Of a DNA stretch of 32,000 nt, positions 26,408 through 32,000 are shown piece after piece. This DNA is from Candidatus Arthromitus sp. SFB-rat-Yit. Its GTDB lineage: Bacteria > Bacillota > Clostridia > Clostridiales > Clostridiaceae. Numbering within the stretch: position 1 is the stretch's first letter; every line of letters begins with the position of its first letter. The stretch is taken from assembly GCF_000283555.1 (NCBI RefSeq), contig NC_016012.1, forward strand, positions 1,470,001 to 1,502,000. Reading direction: 5' to 3'. The notes under the pieces were generated by a model. It was not told the DNA's origin, did no database searches, and saw only the letters and a program-made list of their open reading frames with translations. Made by a program: the position numbers and the translations under genes.

Positions 26408-27187
26408 TTAAAACCTCATATAATTACTAGGTAAACTTCTATGTGCAACTGTTAACTTTAAATCTTTTCCAATTTTCATTCCATGATTTATAAGGATTCT
26501 TTCTGAAGTTTTATAGGCTAATTCTGGAAAATTACTTGTAATACTTAAATGACCTAAAATAATTCTTTTATAAGATATCCTTACAAGCTTAACTATTGTT
26601 AAAGCACATTCCTCATTTGATAAATGCCCATTATTACTAAGTATTCTTTCTTTTAAAAAATGTGGGTAATTACTTAATCTGAGCATTTCCTCATTATAAT
26701 TACTCTCAAGTAATACAACATCTGAATCCCTTATATTATTAAAAATATCATTTGAAATATGTCCAATATCAGTAACTACACTCAGCTTCTTTTTTTTATA
26801 TAAAACACTATATCCAATTGGATCTACCGCATCATGTGGTAATTTAAAAGCTTTAATATCTAAATCTCCAATCGAAAATTCCATTTTATCTATTATGTTT
26901 ACATTATTAACACCTTTTAACTTATCTTGAATGCTCCTAAATGTTCGTTCATTTAAATATATCGGAATATCTAATCCTTTACATATTACGCTAGCTCCCT
27001 TGTAATGATCTATGTGTTCATGAGTTATTAGTACACCACTTATCATATTTGGAGTTATATTTATTGAATTGATGGCATTTATTAATGTTTTTTTAGATAC
27101 TCCTACATCTATTAAAATATTTGTTCTATCACTACCAACTAAAAAACAATTACCAGAACTACCACTACTTATAGAACAAAATTTCAT
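26408..27187 (-). CDS. walJ: MBL-fold metallo-hydrolase, WalJ/YycJ-like
   Basis: 259 aa. SSGSSGNCFLV, ILIDVG and the THEHIDH metal motif. Collinear with B. subtilis YycJ as far as I recall its sequence. Confidence 0.8.
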   Translation of the reverse strand: MKFCSISSGSSGNCFLVGSDRTNILIDVGVSKKTLINAINSINITPNMISGVLITHEHIDHYKGASVICKGLDIPIYLNERTFRSIQDKLKGVNNVNIIDKMEFSIGDLDIKAFKLPHDAVDPIGYSVLYKKKKLSVVTDIGHISNDIFNNIRDSDVVLLESNYNEEMLRLSNYPHFLKERILSNNGHLSNEECALTIVKLVRISYKRIILGHLSITSNFPELAYKTSERILINHGMKIGKDLKLTVAHRSLPSNYMRF

Positions 27188-27203
27188 TTTCCCCCCAAAT
27201 AAA

Positions 27204-28490
27204 CTATATTATATTCTTAAACTCTTTTATATCATCTTTATATTCTCTATATATATTAGCACCTAATTTTCTAAATTTTTCCTCTATATTGGGATACCCT
27301 CTATCTATATGCTTTATTGAAGTTATCTCTGTGGTCCCTTTAGCAACTAATCCTGCTATAATCATAGCAGCACCGGCTCTTAAATCTGTAGCTTTAAGTT
27401 TACATCCTGTAAGCTTATCTACTCCGTTTATAATAGCAGCTCTTCCTTCAATCTTAACATTTACTCCCATTTTTTTTAGTTCATCAAAATACTTAAATCT
27501 ATTTTCAAATATACTTTCACTTATAATACTTGTTCCTTCAGAAATACTCATAAGAACACCTATTATTTGCTGTACATCAGTGGGAAATCCTGGATACGGT
27601 GCAGTTTTAATATTTACACCTTTTAAACGTTCCGTACTTTTTACTAAAATACTATCATCATATTCAAAAATAGTTACACCCATTTCTATTAGTTTTGCTG
27701 TTATAGACTCTAAATGCTTTGGTATTACATTTTTAATTAATACCTCTCCCGTACAAGCTGCCGTTGCCATCATATATGTAGATGCTTCTATTTGATCTGG
27801 TATTATCGAGTAATTACACCCTAAAAGTCTTTTGACTCCAGTTATTTTTATAATATCTGTTCCTGCACCTTTTATATTAGCACCCATCAAATTAAGAAAA
27901 TTTGCTACGTCTACAACATGTGGTTCCTTTGCAACATTTTCAAGCACAGTAACTCCATCAGCAAAGCATGCCGCTAACATTACATTTATAGTTGCCCCCA
28001 CACTTACTACATCAAAAAATATATTGTTGCCAACTAATTTATCCGTTTCAGCAATTACTGAACCATGTTCAATTCTAATATTAACACCAAGTTTTTCCAA
28101 ACCTTTTATATGCTGATCTATAGGTCGATCACCTATACTACATCCTCCTGGAAGATCCACAATTGTCTTTTTAAATCTTGCTAACAATGCTCCTATCAAA
28201 TAATAAGAAGCTCTCATATTATGTACATCATCACTATCAGCTCGATAATTTTTCAAATTTGAATTATCTATTATTAAGGTATTATTTACCTTTCTTACAC
28301 TAGATCCTAATGTTTTTAAAATTCTCACTAGTTTATTAACATCCTCTATATCGGGTATATTATCTATTATACATATACCCTCACTGCACATAACTGTAGC
28401 TGGTATAACAGCAACAGCTGCATTTTTCGCACCACTAATTTCTATACTTCCATAAAGTGGATTAGATCCATTTATTATAATCTTTTCCAT
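27204..28490 (-). CDS. murA: UDP-N-acetylglucosamine 1-carboxyvinyltransferase
   Basis: 428 aa. [14 protein letters not shown], the catalytic-Cys loop [13 protein letters not shown], and GFPTDVQQ. Confidence 0.95.
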   Translation of the reverse strand: MEKIIINGSNPLYGSIEISGAKNAAVAVIPATVMCSEGICIIDNIPDIEDVNKLVRILKTLGSSVRKVNNTLIIDNSNLKNYRADSDDVHNMRASYYLIGALLARFKKTIVDLPGGCSIGDRPIDQHIKGLEKLGVNIRIEHGSVIAETDKLVGNNIFFDVVSVGATINVMLAACFADGVTVLENVAKEPHVVDVANFLNLMGANIKGAGTDIIKITGVKRLLGCNYSIIPDQIEASTYMMATAACTGEVLIKNVIPKHLESITAKLIEMGVTIFEYDDSILVKSTERLKGVNIKTAPYPGFPTDVQQIIGVLMSISEGTSIISESIFENRFKYFDELKKMGVNVKIEGRAAIINGVDKLTGCKLKATDLRAGAAMIIAGLVAKGTTEITSIKHIDRGYPNIEEKFRKLGANIYREYKDDIKEFKNII

Positions 28491-28691
28491 CCATTCTCCC
28501 TACTTTAAATTGAGTTTAAATATAATAAAAATATCTAATTAACAATCCTTATTAAACTTTTTTAAAGTCGCTCTTAAATATTCTAACTTTTATCGGTGTT
28601 TTTTGTCAATATTCTTAACAATAAACATAGTATTTTCTAAATTTTAGTTAATATTATTCCTTAATTTAAATAATTTTATTCACGCCTAACA

Positions 28692-28749
28692 TTCAAAAAA
28701 TAAAAAGCACTCTATATACCTTAAAATAATTTTGGTATATGAGTGCTTT
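28692..28749 (-). terminator. Rho-independent terminator of the DUF1540-like gene
   Basis: 16-bp stem with one bulge (28704-28720 pairs with 28734-28749) and a 13-nt loop. On the minus strand it is followed by TTATTTTTTG. Confidence 0.7.
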
Positions 28750-28753
28750 GCAA

Positions 28754-28912
28754 TTATTTCATAGACTGAAAACTTGCACAATCTGTTGACTCTACATTTT
28801 TTGCTATAGCTTCATGTTTAGTTATCTTTATTTGCTCTAAAGTGCAATACTGATTTTTATCATTAAATTTGCATTCTACTACGTTACATAATATATTATT
28901 ATTTTTCAACAT
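28754..28912 (-). CDS. Small DUF1540-like Cys-containing protein, not in the supplied ORF track
   Basis: Hand translation gives MLKNNNILCNVVECKFNDKNQYCTLEQIKITKHEAIAKNVESTDCASFQSMK (52 aa). The pattern C-x4-C ... C ... T-x-C-x-(S/T)-F resembles DUF1540. There is an SD (GAGGT) 5 nt upstream and a dedicated terminator downstream. Confidence 0.6.
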   Translation of the reverse strand: MLKNNNILCNVVECKFNDKNQYCTLEQIKITKHEAIAKNVESTDCASFQSMK

Positions 28913-28982
28913 CTTTACCTCTACCTTTAAACAAAATCACTATTTTATTATTAATTTCTTATTATTTTTTTATTCTATATTG

Positions 28983-28991
28983 TGTTATAAT
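28983..28991 (+). promoter_or_regulatory. Extended -10 element (TGTTATAAT) upstream of the 29044 ORF
   Basis: TGT-TATAAT at 28983-28991. No convincing -35. Confidence 0.4.
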
Positions 28992-29043
28992 CCTATTATT
29001 ACATTTAGAGGGGGATTTTAGGTTAATATACCTGCTATTAATT

Positions 29044-29544
29044 ATGAAATACATTATTAAATGTGGTTTTACAGATAATTCTATAAAGGATTTAAAATAT
29101 TTCAAAAATCAATTTCATCAAAAGTATAATTGTGTGAAAAATAAAAATTCATTATATACACCCTTACTTAGTTTTAATTGTAATGATTGTATTAAATTTG
29201 ATCCTCAATTAATAAAAAAAATTCAAAACTTACAAACTTTTAGAATTAATATATCTAATATCAAATTACAAAATAAAGTAGTTTATCTGTTAATAGAACC
29301 TCTGGGTTTTATATCATCAATACAACGATTATTCGAAGAATACTTTTTAATAAATAGTATCAAATATAATAAAATAAATAAATGGGATCATTTATACATA
29401 AAATATATAAATATTGATAAACTTAATGTAAATATAGCTGATTTATTTTTTCCGCCATATATAAAAGTATCATCAATAAATATATTTAAATATAACAACA
29501 AAAAATCAACTCTACTAGACTCTATAAGTTTAAAAAATATATAA
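29044..29544 (+). CDS. Hypothetical protein (weak resemblance to the 2H-phosphoesterase/LigT fold with both H-x-T/S motifs lost)
   Basis: 166 aa. Pattern ...LYTPLLSF...FRINISNIKLQNKVVYLLIEP...DHLYIKYIN...IKVSSINIFKY. The SD-like GAGGGGGA (29008-29015) lies 28 nt upstream of this ATG, so the start is uncertain. Confidence 0.4.
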   Translation: MKYIIKCGFTDNSIKDLKYFKNQFHQKYNCVKNKNSLYTPLLSFNCNDCIKFDPQLIKKIQNLQTFRINISNIKLQNKVVYLLIEPLGFISSIQRLFEEYFLINSIKYNKINKWDHLYIKYINIDKLNVNIADLFFPPYIKVSSINIFKYNNKKSTLLDSISLKNI

Positions 29545-29611
29545 AAGAATCACCTTAATTAATTAATATAATAAACTAAAAATTATATAATTAATTTTAA
29601 GGTGATTCTTT
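29544..29611 (+). promoter_or_regulatory. Extended hairpin (about 28 bp) whose 3' base contains the SD of the S8 protease gene
   Basis: A perfect 15-bp basal stem, 29544-29558 (AAAGAATCACCTTAA) with 29597-29611 (TTAAGGTGATTCTTT). A further 13 AU pairs, with a 2-nt and a 1-nt bulge, run up to a 9-nt loop (29573-29581). The SD AAGGTGA is at 29599-29605 and the ATG at 29613. Confidence 0.6.
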
Positions 29612-29612
29612 C

Positions 29613-30806
29613 ATGATTAATAATATTAAAAAAAGGCTTCATCCAAATCTTCTATACGCATTTAACCTAAATAAACTTACTTCATATAGAATAATATTAG
29701 AATTGAAACATAACTCATCATCTCTAATAAAAAAAATTCAAAATAATCAAGGATGTATTTTTACACATCATATACCAGACCTAAATTTAGTGTGTTGTAC
29801 AGTACCACATAAATTCTTATATACCCTTGTAAACTCTCCTCAAGTTAAATATATTTCATTTGATTCTGAAGTTTTTTTATGTGGAAATAAACTATTTCCA
29901 GAAACTGAAAAATCAAGTTATAAAACATCAGCAAACAATAATACATTAACTGGTAAAAATATAACTATAGCCATGATAGATTCAGGAATTTATCCATTAG
30001 ACACTTTTACAAAATCTAAAAATAGAATACTGTTCTTCAAAGATATTGTAAATGACTTCTCGTATCCTTATGATGATAACGGTCACGGCACAGCTATGTG
30101 TAATATAATAGGTGGAAACTTCACGTATAAAAACAAAATACTTAAAAATTCTTCAGAGTGCAATTTTTGTATGATAAAAGCTTTTGATAAATACAATAAG
30201 TCCTATTGCTCATTAATTTTTAAGGCTATTGATTTAATACTTGAAATTTCCTCAAAATACAATATTCAAATATTGTATCTTCCATTTGAGCTTTATGAAT
30301 TTAATAATTTTTTATTAAATATATTTCAAGCCTTGATAAACAAAATATCTAAATCCAATATTATTGTATTACTTCCTATAGGAAATAACTCAACCAATTA
30401 TTCTTCATTAAAAGGATTATCTTTACTTAATAATTGTATTGTTGTTGGGGGTAATAATTTTAAAGACTCATCAAAAGGTATTTATATAAATACTTTCATA
30501 AAACCTAATGTGATATCAATTTACGAAAATATAAAAGTACAAAATATAGATGTTAAATACATCCCTGAAAAAAACAATCAGTATATATATCCAACTAAAC
30601 TTAAAAATTCATCGATAGAATACTTTGGAAGTTCCTGTTCTTGTGCTTATGTATCTTCTTTAATAGCATTACTTAAGCAAAAAAACATATCGATAAATAC
30701 AATAGACATCATTTCTTTATTTAAAATAAGCTGTAATAAAATAAATAATTTAGATAATTCAGTACAGGGACTAGGTATAATCGATATAACCAAATTATTA
30801 GAATGA
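29613..30806 (+). CDS. Subtilisin-like serine protease (peptidase S8) with an N-terminal I9-like propeptide and no signal peptide
   Basis: 397 aa. Asp motif IAMIDSGI, His motif DDNGHGTAMCN, oxyanion Asn PIGNNS, Ser motif FGSSCSCAYVSS (in place of the usual GTSMAAP). Propeptide-like VKYISFDSEV. Confidence 0.8.
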   Translation: MINNIKKRLHPNLLYAFNLNKLTSYRIILELKHNSSSLIKKIQNNQGCIFTHHIPDLNLVCCTVPHKFLYTLVNSPQVKYISFDSEVFLCGNKLFPETEKSSYKTSANNNTLTGKNITIAMIDSGIYPLDTFTKSKNRILFFKDIVNDFSYPYDDNGHGTAMCNIIGGNFTYKNKILKNSSECNFCMIKAFDKYNKSYCSLIFKAIDLILEISSKYNIQILYLPFELYEFNNFLLNIFQALINKISKSNIIVLLPIGNNSTNYSSLKGLSLLNNCIVVGGNNFKDSSKGIYINTFIKPNVISIYENIKVQNIDVKYIPEKNNQYIYPTKLKNSSIEYFGSSCSCAYVSSLIALLKQKNISINTIDIISLFKISCNKINNLDNSVQGLGIIDITKLLE

Positions 30807-30823
30807 TTTCACATCTCTATTGG

Positions 30824-32000
30824 TTAATATGCTACATAATTAAGAGGATTATCTGCTTTACCATTTACCCTAACTTCAAAATGTAAGTGTGGACCTGTGC
30901 TTCTTCCGGTATTACCTATTTCACCTATCAATTGACCTTTTTTCACGTATTCACCTTCTTTTATAAACATAACATCGCAGTGTCCATATAATGTTTCAAT
31001 TCCCTTACCATGATTCAATTTAATATAATTTCCATATACATTATTGTATGATACTAAATTTGCAAAACCAGATTCTGCTGCAAATATAGGATCCCCTATA
31101 TTCCCCGCAATATCAATTCCATGATGTTTTTCTCCACCCCATCTTAGTCCAAAAGGAGAAGTTATAATATTACCTTTTGAAGGATTATTTAAATAAAATA
31201 ATTCATTCCCTTGAACATCATTTAAAGAAGGTTTCAAGATTTTAGTAGATACTTTTCTCATCCCTATGTACTTATTATTATTATAAGTGATTTCTTTTAC
31301 AACTTCACGATCAAATCCATTTTCATACATTTTTTCTTCGTCATTATGCTGATCACAAATTTTTACTATCTGAACTTTATTATTTTTAGTGTTTTCCAAA
31401 AAAGTTTTACTAGCTACTATTTCGACGGTAGCTAAAATATTATTTTCCTGATTATTACTCAATATAAACTCATACAATTGATCTTCACTCATAATATCCT
31501 TAATATTTAAAACAACCTCCTTAAAATCAATTTTTTCTTTAATCTTAATCCAATTAATGGGAATATCTTTCAAATTATTCTTATTTATGTAGTAATTAAA
31601 CAATTTCTTTTTCACATTATCAAATACATCTTTATTTTCAATATTAGCGATTATTTTATCCCCAACTAATAAATTATACCCTTTTACATAAACTCCTAAA
31701 GCTTCATCTAAAATTTTACTAATTTCTTCAGGAGATAAAAAATCTCCTTTCTTAGCTAATCTTACTTTAAAACCTAAAGAATCTGTTTTTACAATTTTAT
31801 CTAATTCTATATTATTATTGTGTAATTTTTCTTTATAATATTCAGTAAATATTTTTTTATCTTTAGTTAATCCAATCTTATTCCCATTAATTAAAATTAC
31901 ATATCCTAAAGTTTTACCATATACCAAAAAAAATATTGATATTGCAAGAATAATGTTAATACTCAAAATTATGAACCCAACATTTATTTTGCATTTAAAA
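30824..32000 (-). CDS. M23/LytM-family metallopeptidase with an N-terminal membrane anchor (5' end probably beyond the window)
   Basis: Intact zinc motifs HHGIDIAG (HxxxD) and GPHLHFEV (HxH). The ORF-track start (31966) is a TTG. The frame stays open to position 32000 (...FKCKINVGFIILSINIIL...), so the real start is likely outside the window. Confidence 0.75.
   Translation of the reverse strand, partial: FKCKINVGFIILSINIILAISIFFLVYGKTLGYVILINGNKIGLTKDKKIFTEYYKEKLHNNNIELDKIVKTDSLGFKVRLAKKGDFLSPEEISKILDEALGVYVKGYNLLVGDKIIANIENKDVFDNVKKKLFNYYINKNNLKDIPINWIKIKEKIDFKEVVLNIKDIMSEDQLYEFILSNNQENNILATVEIVASKTFLENTKNNKVQIVKICDQHNDEEKMYENGFDREVVKEITYNNNKYIGMRKVSTKILKPSLNDVQGNELFYLNNPSKGNIITSPFGLRWGGEKHHGIDIAGNIGDPIFAAESGFANLVSYNNVYGNYIKLNHGKGIETLYGHCDVMFIKEGEYVKKGQLIGEIGNTGRSTGPHLHFEVRVNGKADNPLNYVAY

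Noticed and set aside
27289-28116. Two long plus-strand ORFs (168 aa and 94 aa) antisense to murA
   Set aside because: They lie entirely inside the well-supported murA CDS and translate to low-complexity, hydrophobic sequence with no motifs and no SD. They are typical shadow ORFs.
1-32000. Search for CRISPR arrays, IS or transposase genes, integrases, toxin-antitoxin pairs, retron/DGR-type elements or defence islands
   Set aside because: I saw no spaced direct-repeat arrays, no transposase, recombinase or reverse-transcriptase motifs, and no compositional island other than the GC-rich tRNA block. The window reads as core chromosome.

Overview
Very AT-rich window (G+C judged by eye at about a quarter, not computed). 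The gene content is that of a spore-forming Clostridia-class Firmicute, and almost all of it is core housekeeping. It includes: (1) the ksgA/rnmV/yabE-like/tatD block; (2) a Glu-Val-Asp-Glu tRNA operon; (3) a split transketolase; (4) murI, a SleC-like cortex lytic enzyme and a glutamine-synthetase-like gene; (5) a dedicated ECF transporter; (6) an LtaS-family enzyme, metG and rplI-lonC-dnaB; (7) a walJ/rlmH neighbourhood with murA; (8) an S8 subtilase and an M23 peptidase. I see no CRISPR array, IS or transposon, integrase, prophage or recognisable defence island, so I do not claim a new system. The points most worth a second look are: (a) two tandem RlmH-like ORFs that have lost complementary halves of the RlmH motif set, a possible obligate heterodimer; (b) a Shine-Dalgarno / hairpin / AUG arrangement in the leader of the GS-like gene; (c) a 56-bp perfect palindrome that includes the last codons of metG; (d) a 28-bp extended hairpin that buries the SD of the subtilase gene and contains a candidate internal promoter; (e) two small Cys-motif ORFs absent from the supplied ORF track. 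All family calls rest on motifs read by eye, with no database search.
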